NCBI GenBank assembly: GCA_965208675.1 | Contig: OZ242351.1 | Coordinates: forward strand, 960,001 to 1,024,000 | From: Candidatus Poribacteria bacterium | Lineage (GTDB): Bacteria > Poribacteria > WGA-4E > PCPOR2b | Length of the DNA stretch: 64,000 nt | Direction of reading: 5' to 3' | Shown: positions 49,494 to 60,150 of the stretch, one piece after another | Position numbering within the stretch: the stretch's first letter is position 1 | How the letters are laid out: each line of letters begins with the position of its first letter | Notes under the pieces: generated by a model | What the model was told of the DNA's origin: nothing | The model's input: the letters and a program-made list of their open reading frames with translations, nothing else | Databases searched by the model: none | Translations under genes and position numbers: made by a program

Positions 49494-51752
49494 ATGGAAA
49501 CGCTAAACGGCATTCTAGAACGTATCGTCTTTGAAAATGCTGAAACGGGATACGCGATTGCAAGACTTTCCTCGCGTGAATATCCCGGTGAACTAATTAC
49601 TGTCGTTGGGCATGTTGCGTCAATCAACGCTGGAGAAAGCCTTCTTCTAAAGGGGTGGTGGGGCAACAATCCGAAATACGGCAGGCAGTTTCAGATTGAC
49701 TCGTATGAAACCGTACTGCCTGCGACAATTGTGGGATTGAGAAAGTATCTAGGTTCCGGGTTAATCAAAGGAATTGGGCCCGTGATGGCGGCACGGATTG
49801 TAACCCATTTCGGCATGGACGCCATGGATGTCATTGAGAAATCGCCTGAGAAGTTAAAGTCGGTTCCCGGTATCGGCAAAAAACGCGTTGATATGATTGC
49901 GCGCGCATGGGATGCGCAGCGAGAAATCAAGAACGTGATGCTGTTTTTGCAGTCTCATAACGTAAGTACCGCCCATGCCGCCAAAATTTACAAGACTTAC
50001 GAGAATGAAGCTATCCCAATTGTCCGTGAAAATCCTTATCGGCTTGCCGATGACATCTACGGCATCGGATTCAAAACAGCGGATACAGTCGCTCAGAAAC
50101 TCGGTGTAGACTCCGAATCTCCAAATCGCGTCCAGGCTGGAATCAAATATGTTTTGAGTGAAAAAGCCGACGATGGCCACGTGTTTTTGTATAACGATGA
50201 ATTAATCTCAGCGTGCCAAGATATGCTCAATCTCTCAACCGATGCCATTGAGGCGGCAATCACAGAACTCACCGAGAAAAAAGAACTAATTACGGAATAT
50301 ATATCGTCGTTGGACCCTAAAGAAAACCGGAAACTTATCTATCTTGCACCATTTTATTATGCGGAAATCGGCGTCGCCAATCGATTAATCAAGCTACTCA
50401 ACAAGGATGCGCCTCAGCCGGATATCGGATTTATTGATTCTTCCATAGATCAGATTGAGAAAAGCATGGGAATGTGTTTTGATGAAAATCAACGGGATGC
50501 CATCAGAACAGCGCTAACGAGTCGAGTTACTATTTTGACGGGCGGACCAGGCACAGGAAAAACGACGACGACCATCGGCATGCTTCGTCTGTTTGAATCT
50601 CTTGGGATGGAAGTTGTGCTAGCCGCCCCCACTGGACGTGCAGCGAAACGCCTGAGTGAAACAACTGGACGTGATGCAAAAACCATCCATCGCCTGCTGG
50701 AGTTCTCGCCGCAAGGCAATGGATTCAAACGCGATTGGAACAATCCTCTAGAGAAGGATGTCGTGATAATTGATGAGATGTCAATGGTCGATTTAGTGTT
50801 GATGAATAGTCTCATGAGAGCAGTACCGGCGGACACAACTTTGATTATGATTGGGGATGTGGATCAACTGCCATCAGTCGGCGCAGGAAATGTGTTGAAA
50901 GATTTGATTGACTCCGGACGGATATCTACCGTGAGGTTGACGAAAATATTCCGTCAGGCGCAACAGAGCATGATTGTCACGAATGCGCATCGTGTCAATC
51001 GGGGTGAATTTCCACAAATTACCGGGCCGCCGGACCGCAATTTTTTCTTCATTGAGGAAGAAGTTCCGGAGACCACAGTTGAAGTCATCTGCGACCTTGT
51101 GCACCGGCGATTGCCCGAGCACTACGATTATCACCCAATGGACGACATTCAGGTGTTGTGCCCGATGCGCCGCGGCGTAATTGGATCAGAAAACTTCAAT
51201 AAACGGTTGCAAGAGAAGCTCAATGGAAATCCTGACGGGGTCATTCGAGGCGGCAGATCTTTTCGGAGCGGAGACAAGGTGATGCAGGTTCGCAACAATT
51301 ACGATTACGGGGTTTTCAATGGGGACATTGGACGAATTACGGACGTAGATAACGTTGAGCGGCTGGTAACTATCACATTTCCCGATAAGGCCGTCCCCTA
51401 TGACATGGCAGATCTGAACGAATTAGTGCTTGCATATGGCATCACGGTGCACAAATCTCAAGGCAGTGAGTATCCGGCTGTCATCATCCCGCTAATGACA
51501 CAGCATTACATGATGCTGCAGCGAAACCTGCTTTACACCGCAATCACCCGGGCTAAAGAACACGTTTTGGTTGTCGGGACGAAGAGAGCACTCGGCATAG
51601 CGATACGAAATAACAGAGTTTCCGAACGCAATTCGTATCTTGCAGAACGACTTCAAGCAACGCTCCAACAGAAATCGGAAATCCCCGAGAGTTACCTAGA
51701 AATCAACGGCGGATTCGCTCCGAATATCCATGTACCAGACCATTCCCTGTAA
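49494..51752 (+). CDS. recD2: ATP-dependent RecD2-like DNA helicase
   Basis: YLGSGLIKGIGP HhH, GIGFKTAD, TGGPGTGKTT, APTGRAAKRL, DEMSMVD, GDVDQLPSVGAG, FRQA, TVHKSQGSEY, LYTAITRA. Confidence 0.95.
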   Translation: METLNGILERIVFENAETGYAIARLSSREYPGELITVVGHVASINAGESLLLKGWWGNNPKYGRQFQIDSYETVLPATIVGLRKYLGSGLIKGIGPVMAARIVTHFGMDAMDVIEKSPEKLKSVPGIGKKRVDMIARAWDAQREIKNVMLFLQSHNVSTAHAAKIYKTYENEAIPIVRENPYRLADDIYGIGFKTADTVAQKLGVDSESPNRVQAGIKYVLSEKADDGHVFLYNDELISACQDMLNLSTDAIEAAITELTEKKELITEYISSLDPKENRKLIYLAPFYYAEIGVANRLIKLLNKDAPQPDIGFIDSSIDQIEKSMGMCFDENQRDAIRTALTSRVTILTGGPGTGKTTTTIGMLRLFESLGMEVVLAAPTGRAAKRLSETTGRDAKTIHRLLEFSPQGNGFKRDWNNPLEKDVVIIDEMSMVDLVLMNSLMRAVPADTTLIMIGDVDQLPSVGAGNVLKDLIDSGRISTVRLTKIFRQAQQSMIVTNAHRVNRGEFPQITGPPDRNFFFIEEEVPETTVEVICDLVHRRLPEHYDYHPMDDIQVLCPMRRGVIGSENFNKRLQEKLNGNPDGVIRGGRSFRSGDKVMQVRNNYDYGVFNGDIGRITDVDNVERLVTITFPDKAVPYDMADLNELVLAYGITVHKSQGSEYPAVIIPLMTQHYMMLQRNLLYTAITRAKEHVLVVGTKRALGIAIRNNRVSERNSYLAERLQATLQQKSEIPESYLEINGGFAPNIHVPDHSL

Positions 51753-51898
51753 CTTTTTAGGACTTCCCCATTGCCACCAATAATTCAGGTAATCGTTGCC
51801 ATGAAGCCCGAATTTGGCATATAACGCCTTTATTGAGAGCCAAGTTTCTCGGAGGGTTTGCCGCCTTTGAGATTCAAATTTAAAATTTGGAGATTTGC

Positions 51899-53287
51899 AT
51901 GAGCAATAACAACCCATATTTACAAATTGACCGTCAGATGGTCGGTGACATCTATACATCCCGCGAAGTGATAGACAATCTCACGGTATTGTGCGACGAT
52001 TTCGGCTCGCGTTTCGCAGGGACACCAGAGGAACGGAAGGCTGCAGATTTCATTGCGGAAACATTTGGACGCTATGGACTTAACGATGTGCGGTTTGAAT
52101 CCTACCCTTATGCGGGCTGGTCACGCGGGGAAGGTACACTTGAAATAGTCGAGCCGATTCAGAAGCCGCTGCACTACATCTCACTTCCGTATTGCCCTGC
52201 GAGTGAGGTAACGGGAAAACTCGTGTCCGTCGGTTACGGTAGTCCTGAAGAGTATGACCGATTGGGCGAGAACATGACAGGAAACATCGTTTTGGCGGGT
52301 AGTGCTTCGAAACCTGGTTTGGGCAGATGGGTGCATCGAAAGGAAAAATATGAGCGCGCAGTACTCGGGGGCGCAAGTGCGTTCATCTTCGTCAGCGAGC
52401 ACCCGGGGGTCGGTCCGGAAACAGGCAGCTTGCAAGACGACTGTGCTGCGCCAATACCGGGCATTTCAGTTTGTAAGGAAGATGGCGAGTTTCTCCAGCG
52501 GCTGATGGCTCGAAACAGATGCGTACAACTGCGCATTTGCACATCCGATGTAAACGAGCCGCGAACATCTTGGAACATCATTGCAGACCTGCCCGGAACG
52601 GAAATTGCGAACGAGATGGTAGTTCTTGGTTGCCACTACGACGGACACGACATCTCACAGGGCGCTGTGGATCCGGCATCTGGAATGGTGCTTGTAATGG
52701 AAGCTGCGCGGGTGCTAGCGCAGTACGCCGCAAGTCGGATTAAACGAACGGTGCGGTTTATCGCCTTCGGTACGGAAGAAATTGGACTCACTGGCTCGTT
52801 TCGATACGTGGACGCTCATGTTAGCGATCTAGACAACGTACGGTTTGTTTTCAACCTTGATGCGGCTGGCGGCTCAAGCCGGAAAGGGGTTGTGCTGCAT
52901 CGGTGGCTGGAGTTGGAACCGTTCTTTCACCGCGCTGCAAACGAGATGGCGGCTGAAATCCCTGTTGGCCAAAATGTGCATCCGTACTCCGACCACTTTC
53001 CCTTTTTCCTAAAAGGTGTGCCGACCGCTCATATGGGCGATCCGGAATCCGCACCGTCAGGCAGAGGATTCGGACACACTGCTTACGACACCCTCGACAA
53101 GGTCGAACTTGTAAACCTTCGCGCGGGGAGTTCAATTGCTGCCCGATTGGCGTTACGGATAGCCGACTCCCAGGGATTTCCTGCTCAACGCCGCAGTATC
53201 AACGCAGTGCAGGAGTTGCTCGACACCGATACCGGTATGGAAGGCTACCGTGTCGCGGCGGCGTTAAAGAAGCGCTTGCAAACATAA
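51899..53287 (+). CDS. M28-family aminopeptidase with PA domain
   Basis: GSRFAGTPEE, GCHYD, GAVD, FGTEEIGL, NLD, SDHFPF, HTAYDTLDKV. Confidence 0.9.
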   Translation: MSNNNPYLQIDRQMVGDIYTSREVIDNLTVLCDDFGSRFAGTPEERKAADFIAETFGRYGLNDVRFESYPYAGWSRGEGTLEIVEPIQKPLHYISLPYCPASEVTGKLVSVGYGSPEEYDRLGENMTGNIVLAGSASKPGLGRWVHRKEKYERAVLGGASAFIFVSEHPGVGPETGSLQDDCAAPIPGISVCKEDGEFLQRLMARNRCVQLRICTSDVNEPRTSWNIIADLPGTEIANEMVVLGCHYDGHDISQGAVDPASGMVLVMEAARVLAQYAASRIKRTVRFIAFGTEEIGLTGSFRYVDAHVSDLDNVRFVFNLDAAGGSSRKGVVLHRWLELEPFFHRAANEMAAEIPVGQNVHPYSDHFPFFLKGVPTAHMGDPESAPSGRGFGHTAYDTLDKVELVNLRAGSSIAARLALRIADSQGFPAQRRSINAVQELLDTDTGMEGYRVAAALKKRLQT

Positions 53288-53354
53288 TTGATTAAAACTC
53301 GGAAATCCCACTCCAAAGGAACATGCAACTGTTAGTCAGAAAGACCACAAAATC

Positions 53355-54368
53355 ATGACGAAAACAGAACCCGTCCAAACAGCGTTCATCGGGTGCGGCG
53401 ATATGGGGCGCCACCACATTCGAGCCATGTTGCGGCAGCTGGACACAACCCACATCACCGTGGTCTGTGAACCATCACAGACGGCTTACGAATTGACGAT
53501 AGACCTTTTCCAACAGGCGAATCTGGCGCCGCCGCCAAATCAACCGGACCTTGAGCGGCTTCTAGCGGACTATGGGAATCGCCTTGACGCGGCCTTTATT
53601 GTTACGCCGCACGCGTATCACCATAATCAGGCCGGGGCTTGCATGGATGCTGGGCTTGATGTGCTGGTCGAGAAACCGATGGTAGTATCCGCTGAGGAAG
53701 CGAAGAGCATAATTGACACCCGCGATCGCACAGGGAAGCTACTGGTCGTGGCTTTTCCTGGCAGCCTTTCACCGCAAATCCGCACCGCTGTCACGATGCT
53801 TCGATCGGGACAGCTAGGTCAAATATTGACCATCAGTGCGATTGCTTGGCAAAATTGGCGTACCGCTTTTGCCAAAACCTGGCGGCAACAGCCTGACGTT
53901 TCAGGCGGCGGTTTTCTTTTCGACACGGGGGCGCACATGTTGAATACCGTCGTTGATTTGGCCGGTGAGGATTTCGTGGAAGTTGCTGCTTGGTTTGACA
54001 ACCGCGATTTAGCCGTAGACGTACTGGGAACGGTGATGGGGCGTTTAGCGTCCGGTGTGCTAGTCACGCTGCACGGCTGCGGAGAGACCATTCCCTCATG
54101 TGCATCCGATGTGCGTGTATTTTGCCCAAACGGTATTCTGCGCACCGGCATCTGGGGCGAGCGTTTAGAGGTTCAATACCCCGGTCAGGAACAACCAAGT
54201 GCGGTCGAAGTGCCCCCTTCTCAAGGGCCATGGGAGCAATTTTTGGCTGTTCGTAATGGTCAGATACCTAATCCCTGCCCGCCCGAGGTAGGTTTGCGCA
54301 TGGCGCACCTTTGGGATGCCATTAAGGCGTCTGCATCGCAAAATGGGATGTTTGTAAGGTGCGGCTGA
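53355..54368 (+). CDS. Gfo/Idh/MocA-family oxidoreductase
   Basis: [30 protein letters not shown]. Confidence 0.92.
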   Translation: MTKTEPVQTAFIGCGDMGRHHIRAMLRQLDTTHITVVCEPSQTAYELTIDLFQQANLAPPPNQPDLERLLADYGNRLDAAFIVTPHAYHHNQAGACMDAGLDVLVEKPMVVSAEEAKSIIDTRDRTGKLLVVAFPGSLSPQIRTAVTMLRSGQLGQILTISAIAWQNWRTAFAKTWRQQPDVSGGGFLFDTGAHMLNTVVDLAGEDFVEVAAWFDNRDLAVDVLGTVMGRLASGVLVTLHGCGETIPSCASDVRVFCPNGILRTGIWGERLEVQYPGQEQPSAVEVPPSQGPWEQFLAVRNGQIPNPCPPEVGLRMAHLWDAIKASASQNGMFVRCG

Positions 54369-54519
54369 ACCGGAAGGCATTTGAACTAATACCTGAATAA
54401 AAGGAAGCTACAAACCTTTCACGTAAGTAACTCACTGCTTTCGATGGATATATTGTATCAAACTCCCTCAATTCCCGCTTCGACTACAATTCAACGCAAA
54501 AAGATGAAGGGGTGAAAGT

Positions 54520-54861
54520 ATGAAAGAGAAATTACCAGATTTCCTAGAAAGGGTGATTGCAGAATATCCCGACGTGTGGAAATCCTACCAAAATCTGGGC
54601 GAATCCTGCCACAACGCTGGGCCTCTTGATGAGAAAACCACGCGACTAGTCAAACTCGCCTTGGCGATTGGCGCGAAATCAGAAGGCGCCGTACATTCGC
54701 ATACACGCCGCGCGTTAAAGTGCGGAATAACTCGCGAGGAACTGCAACAGGTGGCTCTGCTTGCGATAACATCTGCCGGCTGGTCTCCGAGCATGGCTGC
54801 GCTTTCGTGGATTCAAGATGTCATAGACAGCAGCGAGGTGGAAATGGAAACTGTTCAGTAA
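54520..54861 (+). CDS. Carboxymuconolactone decarboxylase (AhpD-like) family protein
   Basis: GPLDEKTTRLVKLALAIG..SEGAVHSH.RRAL..G.T.EEL. Confidence 0.88.
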   Translation: MKEKLPDFLERVIAEYPDVWKSYQNLGESCHNAGPLDEKTTRLVKLALAIGAKSEGAVHSHTRRALKCGITREELQQVALLAITSAGWSPSMAALSWIQDVIDSSEVEMETVQ

Positions 54862-54926
54862 GCCGGAACGGAATACCTTTTTCGTGAGTAGTGTGTAGCG
54901 TGTGTAAAGGCTAAGTGTGTATATTG

Positions 54927-56441
54927 CTAAGATTCTAACTTTATCCTTAACCCTTTTGATACAACGCCGCGCTCCGCCAACTCAAACAACCCTTGAACGA
55001 GAAGCGCTAATACAGCCGCGGGAACGGCACCTTCAAGTATGAGTCCGATATGGTCTTTGCGGATGCCGGTTAGAATTGGTTGACCGAATCCTCCCGCGCC
55101 AATTAACGCGCCGAGGGTCGCGAATCCCACGTTTATGACAGCAGAAGTCTTGATGCCTGCGAGGATTGCCCGCGATGCCATCGGTAGTTCAACAAGCCAA
55201 AGACGGCTAAGCGGCGGCAGCCCGAGCGCTAATGCAGATTCACGGACTGGGGAGGGGATGTCATGGAGACCGGCGTATGTGTTCCGAACGATTGGGAGCA
55301 GGCTATACAAAAAGAGCGCAGCAATCGCCGGCGGGGCTTTAATGCCTAAGAGCGGAATCATAAATACGAGCAGTGCGAGTGCCGGAATAGTCTGGATAAT
55401 GCCCGCGAGTCCTAAAATAACTTGTCCGACCCGTTCCTGACGTGCTGCAATTATGCCCAGTGGAATAGATATAAGGATTGCCGGCGTAAGTGAAATACAG
55501 ACAAGGAAGAGGTGGGCTAGTGTATTTTTGAGCAAGCGTTCAAGCATAGTTTCATCGTATACTTGTGTTTCAAGCGAAAGGATGGCCGCCAGGAAGTCAG
55601 CCGCAACACGATTTTCAGGAACTTTGTCTAATTTCGCACGGGCATTCATTTTGACCATTTCCGCTTCGGGGATACTATCTTCCAACTCTAGTAGAGCAGA
55701 AACTACCTTCGGTGCCCGCACTTCCAAATCATCCCGATACAGCAGCACCGCATAATATTTGGGGAAAAGGTTCTCATCGTCCTCCAAAACCCTCAAGTTA
55801 TAATACTGAATCTCTGCGTCCGTCGAATATAGGTCTGTCGCGTGGATTGAGCCGCTCTCCAGTCCGCGGTATGCGAGATCGTGGTCCAGCCCGCGCACAT
55901 CGCGGTGGGTCAAATTATAGCGAACGCGCAAGGAGGGCCAACCGTCCGCTCGGTCCATGAATTCACTTGTAAAACCAAGCTGAAGGTCAGGGTGGCGGCG
56001 TAAATCAGAGATTTTCGTGATATTATGCTTTTCGGCAACTTCCTCCTTCATGCCAATGGCGTAGGTGTTGTTAAAACCGAGAGGGCGACTCATACGGATC
56101 CCTTCTGCTTCAAGAGCACCGCGAATCTCCGCCTCGCTGCTTAATCCACTGCCTGAAAGAATTTCGTGGCTAATTGTCCCGGTGTATTCGGGATAAACAT
56201 CAATGTCCCCCCTTAGTAACGCCTTCCACAACACTTGTGTCCCGCCCAATTCCTTTTCATGAACGGCTTTAGCCCCGGCATTCTGAGTCAACAGCGCAAC
56301 GAGTTCACCGAGAATAACCGATTCGGTGAATTTCTTTGAACCAACCTTTACCTCTGTCATCTGCCTGGTATTTTGGCATGCAGGCAACACCAGTACAGTC
56401 CAAACAGCCGCTAGGAGTGGAATCAATTGCCGCAATCTCAT
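54927..56441 (-). CDS. Quaternary-amine ABC importer, fused substrate-binding domain + permease (OsmF/OpuBC-like)
   Basis: Lipoprotein-like N-terminus (LPAC), VGSKKFTES, YPEYTGT, GFNNTY, YSTD, FPKY, then MetI-like TMD (QTIPALALL, LLPIVRNT, LGALIGAGGFG). Confidence 0.9.
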   Translation of the reverse strand: MRLRQLIPLLAAVWTVLVLPACQNTRQMTEVKVGSKKFTESVILGELVALLTQNAGAKAVHEKELGGTQVLWKALLRGDIDVYPEYTGTISHEILSGSGLSSEAEIRGALEAEGIRMSRPLGFNNTYAIGMKEEVAEKHNITKISDLRRHPDLQLGFTSEFMDRADGWPSLRVRYNLTHRDVRGLDHDLAYRGLESGSIHATDLYSTDAEIQYYNLRVLEDDENLFPKYYAVLLYRDDLEVRAPKVVSALLELEDSIPEAEMVKMNARAKLDKVPENRVAADFLAAILSLETQVYDETMLERLLKNTLAHLFLVCISLTPAILISIPLGIIAARQERVGQVILGLAGIIQTIPALALLVFMIPLLGIKAPPAIAALFLYSLLPIVRNTYAGLHDIPSPVRESALALGLPPLSRLWLVELPMASRAILAGIKTSAVINVGFATLGALIGAGGFGQPILTGIRKDHIGLILEGAVPAAVLALLVQGLFELAERGVVSKGLRIKLES

Positions 56442-57190
56442 CGGGGTGCCCCTTCAAAAATTGCCAGCGGGTCACGCTGTGCATTGATAAAACGGCTTAC
56501 GAATTCGTTTTCGGGCGAGGAATACAGTTGCTCCAACGTTCCCTGTTGGACGATTCGCCCCTCACGCATGAGGATAATATCGCGACTGAAGAACCCGGCT
56601 TCACCTATATCGTGCGTTACCATCAGTACCGTTTTGCCAAGTGTTTGGAAAATTTCGCTAAGATCGGCCTGCAGTGATGCACGAACCATAGGATCTAGCG
56701 CACCAAGCGGCTCATCCAGCAACAAGACGTCAGGATTTAACATTAACGCGCGCATTAGGCTAACACGTTGCTGCTGTCCACCGGAAAGTTCGACGGGGTA
56801 TCGGCTCAAACCGTCTTCGGGAAAATGGGTTAGCGTGCAAAGTTCTTCCAACCGGGCATGAATTTTTTCTGCAGACAGTTTTAAATACTTTGCCATGAGC
56901 ACAACATTCTGTGCAGCGGTTAGGTGCGGAAACAGGCCGCCATCTTGGATGACGTAACCCATACGGCGGCGCATTTCAAGAATGTTAGCGGGCGAAACGC
57001 GCTCACCGTTAAGCCGGACGTATCCACTTGTGGGTTCCAGCAAGCCGACAATCAACCTCAGAATCGTAGATTTACCGCAGCCGCTCGGTCCGATGAGTAC
57101 GGTTGTCTGCCCCTCTTTGATGTTGAGGTCGGTCGGGTGGAGCGCAGCCACAGCTCCAAAATGCTTACTGATGTTTTTCAACTGAATCAT
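56438..57190 (-). CDS. Quaternary-amine ABC importer ATP-binding subunit (OpuA/ProV-like)
   Basis: GPSGCGKST, RRRMGYVIQDGGLFPH, LSGGQQQR, LLDEP, VTHD. Confidence 0.93.
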   Translation of the reverse strand: MIQLKNISKHFGAVAALHPTDLNIKEGQTTVLIGPSGCGKSTILRLIVGLLEPTSGYVRLNGERVSPANILEMRRRMGYVIQDGGLFPHLTAAQNVVLMAKYLKLSAEKIHARLEELCTLTHFPEDGLSRYPVELSGGQQQRVSLMRALMLNPDVLLLDEPLGALDPMVRASLQADLSEIFQTLGKTVLMVTHDIGEAGFFSRDIILMREGRIVQQGTLEQLYSSPENEFVSRFINAQRDPLAIFEGAPR

Positions 57191-58196
57191 GATGAATCCC
57201 TAAATGAACTTGTTTCTGAAGTATGGCGATTGCGAACCAAGCATTTTTATCCAGCCATTGCGCGTGCATTTCCAGCCCGGCGGCGCGGCAAATGCCTGCA
57301 AAACTTTCGATTGTATATTTATGGCTATTCTCCGTATGGATGAACTCGTCGGCCTCAAAATGAAACACCTGATCGGGCGTCGCGATATACGCCGTCTGAT
57401 GACGCCGGCTGATAAGACGCATCTCAATGCGGCTGTGTGCTTCAACAAATGGCGCGGCATGCTCAAAGTCATCAATGACAAAGGTACCTCCTAACTCGCG
57501 GTTAATCCGCGCCAACAAGTTCTTGTTGAATGCGGCGGTTACGCCAGCGGCATCGTTGTAGGCGGCCTCAATGATGCCACGATCTTTCAACAGATCAAAA
57601 CCGACTAACAGCCTATCTTCTCGATTCATCTGATTAACGATTCGCTCCAAGAATGCAACCGCTTCCCCCGTGCCAAAATTCCCAATATTGCTCCCGAGAA
57701 ACAGCATGAGTCGAGGGCCTTCATGGTGAGGCAAGATTGGGATGGCGTCGTTGTATTCTGCTGCAATGGCAGTAATCGACAATCGTTCGTACTCATTCAG
57801 AAGGGAAAATGAAGCCGCACGGAGGACATCCGAGGAAATGTCAACAGAAGTATAGTGAAGATTCTTCTGACAATTGAGGGTCGCGTTGATTAAGAGGCGT
57901 GTTTTGACCGAACTCCCGCTGCCAAATTCTACTAGCGCCAAGTTTTGCCCCACCGTATCAATCATCTCGGAGCCATTGTCTTCCAGAATTTTCTGTTCAG
58001 TGCGTGTGAGGTAGTATTCCGGAAGCTTACATATCTGCTCGAAAAGTTGGGAACCAGCCGCGTCGTAAAATAGGCGGCAAGGTAGGATTTTTTGCAGCTG
58101 CGAAAGCCCTTCAACAACCGCGTTCGTGAAATTCCTTTCCTCCTGATCTCTAGGCAGTTCAATAAAGTCGACTCCAGAGATCATATATTTTCTCAT
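57165..58196 (-). CDS. egtD: L-histidine N-alpha-methyltransferase (hercynine synthase)
   Basis: FYDAAGSQLFEQICKLPEYYLTRTE, EFGSGSSVKT, FLGSNIGNF, AYNDAAGVTAAFNKN, IHTENSHKY. Confidence 0.93.
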   Translation of the reverse strand: MRKYMISGVDFIELPRDQEERNFTNAVVEGLSQLQKILPCRLFYDAAGSQLFEQICKLPEYYLTRTEQKILEDNGSEMIDTVGQNLALVEFGSGSSVKTRLLINATLNCQKNLHYTSVDISSDVLRAASFSLLNEYERLSITAIAAEYNDAIPILPHHEGPRLMLFLGSNIGNFGTGEAVAFLERIVNQMNREDRLLVGFDLLKDRGIIEAAYNDAAGVTAAFNKNLLARINRELGGTFVIDDFEHAAPFVEAHSRIEMRLISRRHQTAYIATPDQVFHFEADEFIHTENSHKYTIESFAGICRAAGLEMHAQWLDKNAWFAIAILQKQVHLGIHHDSVEKHQ

Positions 58197-58383
58197 ATAC
58201 TATGCTCCGAAATCAGCGATGGCTGACCCAATTTTACACTCCCGGCAACCTCATGATACTCATGATAGATGGGTGAGGGTATTTACCTACGAGAATCGGC
58301 TGGAATTATGCAACTCACGACCCGTTAAGCCAAGCGCAGAACCGTCGCCACGAAATACAATCTCAATGGTGCAATCCGCTCAC

Positions 58384-58812
58384 TTACAAATCAAAAATTA
58401 CCTGCGCAATCCAACTACCATCCGGCATTTGCTCAACACTCAACTGATGGTAAGTAACACTCTTGATCTCCGTATACACGACATGTTTATTGAAATTTAC
58501 CGGCTCGCCGCGAGCGACCGCGGACAACGCTGGCGGCTGCTCTGAAATTGACCGAATATCGACTCGCCTGAAAAGCATCTCCTCAACTTCATGCCTAAAA
58601 TTCAACTCATCCAACCACGCCACCATCAAATCTTCGAGCGATCCCGCCGTTAACTCAATTTTGATTTGAGTCGCCTCATCAATAGTATTAGCGTCAGCAA
58701 TACTCTCAAGAAGTCCGTGCGCCGCATGGGTGAAAAGTTGTTTCAGTGTCCTGCCGTACGCGCGAATGCCGAGATCGCCGGTATGATCTAAATAGGTATA
58801 GGTTTCAGTCAA
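58384..58812 (-). CDS. Archease
   Basis: YLDHTGDLGI...EIKSVTYHQL...VIFDL; TTG start after GAGGA (ORF track extends to 58836). Confidence 0.92.
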   Translation of the reverse strand: MTETYTYLDHTGDLGIRAYGRTLKQLFTHAAHGLLESIADANTIDEATQIKIELTAGSLEDLMVAWLDELNFRHEVEEMLFRRVDIRSISEQPPALSAVARGEPVNFNKHVVYTEIKSVTYHQLSVEQMPDGSWIAQVIFDL

Positions 58813-59127
58813 ATTTTCCTCATTGGCCGCACACAACTAGGTCTCAGTTTACCAGAAACTTTCTCATACATCAATGAAAAATTCAACCGCTACGCCGCCG
58901 CAATTTTGTGTCTTTCAATTCATGCGTTGATGTGCTAAAATAGTAACGTCTTGTTGTTCAAACCCTGGCATTCGACCCAATCGGATGTGCGGCACGACCA
59001 TTTTTTGGCTGCAGATTGAAAGTTTATCTTAGCCCCTCAGTTGACAATTCGGTAGGATGTGTCGTTTTAACCAAATCGCGGACCTATAACCCGTTGTAAA
59101 ATCCTAACCAAGGAAGCGTGCGAAAAG

Positions 59128-59994
59128 ATGAAAAGATTAAACCGAGCGATTGAACTGCTTGAACAGGGACAACCAATTTATTACACCGGCGTTGGAGAGC
59201 CAACTTATTACGGAGGCATTAAAGCCTCCCAAACATGGGCAGACTATATCATCTTTGAAATGGAACACGAGATGTACAACATCCGGGCGTTGGATGAATT
59301 CATGCGCGGTCTTACGGCGGGCGGACCAACCCGGAGTGGACATCGCACGCCGGCGGTGCTAGTCACGCTCCCGACCGACGGAATAGATGAAACCGTAATT
59401 CGTGCGAATGCTTGGATGATTAAGCAGGTGCTCGCAAGAGGCATCCATGGAATATTGCTTTGCCATGTAGAAACATCGGGCGCGGCGAAAGCATTCGTTG
59501 AATCGGTTCGCTACCCCTTCCATACGATAGGTGTCGGTGACGGGGTGAATACGGGGCGTCGAGGAAATGGCGGGCAGGGGAATGCGGCATCAATTTGGGG
59601 GATATCGGTCGAAGAATATTTTGAGAAAGCGGATGTCTGGCCTTTAAATCCGGATGGCGAAATAATGCTAGGTTTGAAGATTGAAAATCGCCGAGCGCTC
59701 ACTCACGCAGAAGCTACCGTAGCCGTGTCCGGGATCGCCTTTGCCGAGTGGGGCCCAGGGGATATGGCGTTTTCGTTCGGTTACAGAGATCGCCCTTCGC
59801 CTTATCCGGAGGAATTGCAGCACGCTCGGACGCGTGTTCTATCAGCTTGCAATTCTGCGAATGTCGCCTTCTTGGATGGCGTGACGCCAGAGAATGTAAT
59901 TGATAAGATTGAAGAAGGCGTTCGCGTTTGCGCTGGAGGTGAGGAATCGGCGGAAGTTGGCCGTAAGCACACCAACCGCGAAATGCCTTGGTAG
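59128..59994 (+). CDS. HpcH/HpaI aldolase/citrate lyase-family protein
   Basis: EMEH, IKQVLARG, RYP...G.RG, LKIE, EWGPGDM. Confidence 0.82.
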   Translation: MKRLNRAIELLEQGQPIYYTGVGEPTYYGGIKASQTWADYIIFEMEHEMYNIRALDEFMRGLTAGGPTRSGHRTPAVLVTLPTDGIDETVIRANAWMIKQVLARGIHGILLCHVETSGAAKAFVESVRYPFHTIGVGDGVNTGRRGNGGQGNAASIWGISVEEYFEKADVWPLNPDGEIMLGLKIENRRALTHAEATVAVSGIAFAEWGPGDMAFSFGYRDRPSPYPEELQHARTRVLSACNSANVAFLDGVTPENVIDKIEEGVRVCAGGEESAEVGRKHTNREMPW

Positions 59995-60150
59995 AAATGA
60001 AACGAGTACCATGAGGAAGTGAACCTTTCCGATGATTTCATTCGAAAACATCTTATTTTTCAGTTGTTTTACGCAATCGGTGCACTGTGTTGCGACGCGG
60101 ATAAAATTTCTAATTGGATTACGCCCAGTTCTATCGTTTGACTTTGCATA

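Noticed and set aside
54885-54925. Three gtgtgta words between convergent genes
   Set aside because: Too short and irregular to support a repeat or terminator call.
58219-58545. Alternative-frame and antisense ORFs (e.g. 5914..6606, 6122..6727, 11889..12488, 22175..22498, 58219..58545, 63612..63980)
   Set aside because: They overlap well-supported genes or lack recognisable motifs and RBS; treated as shadow ORFs.
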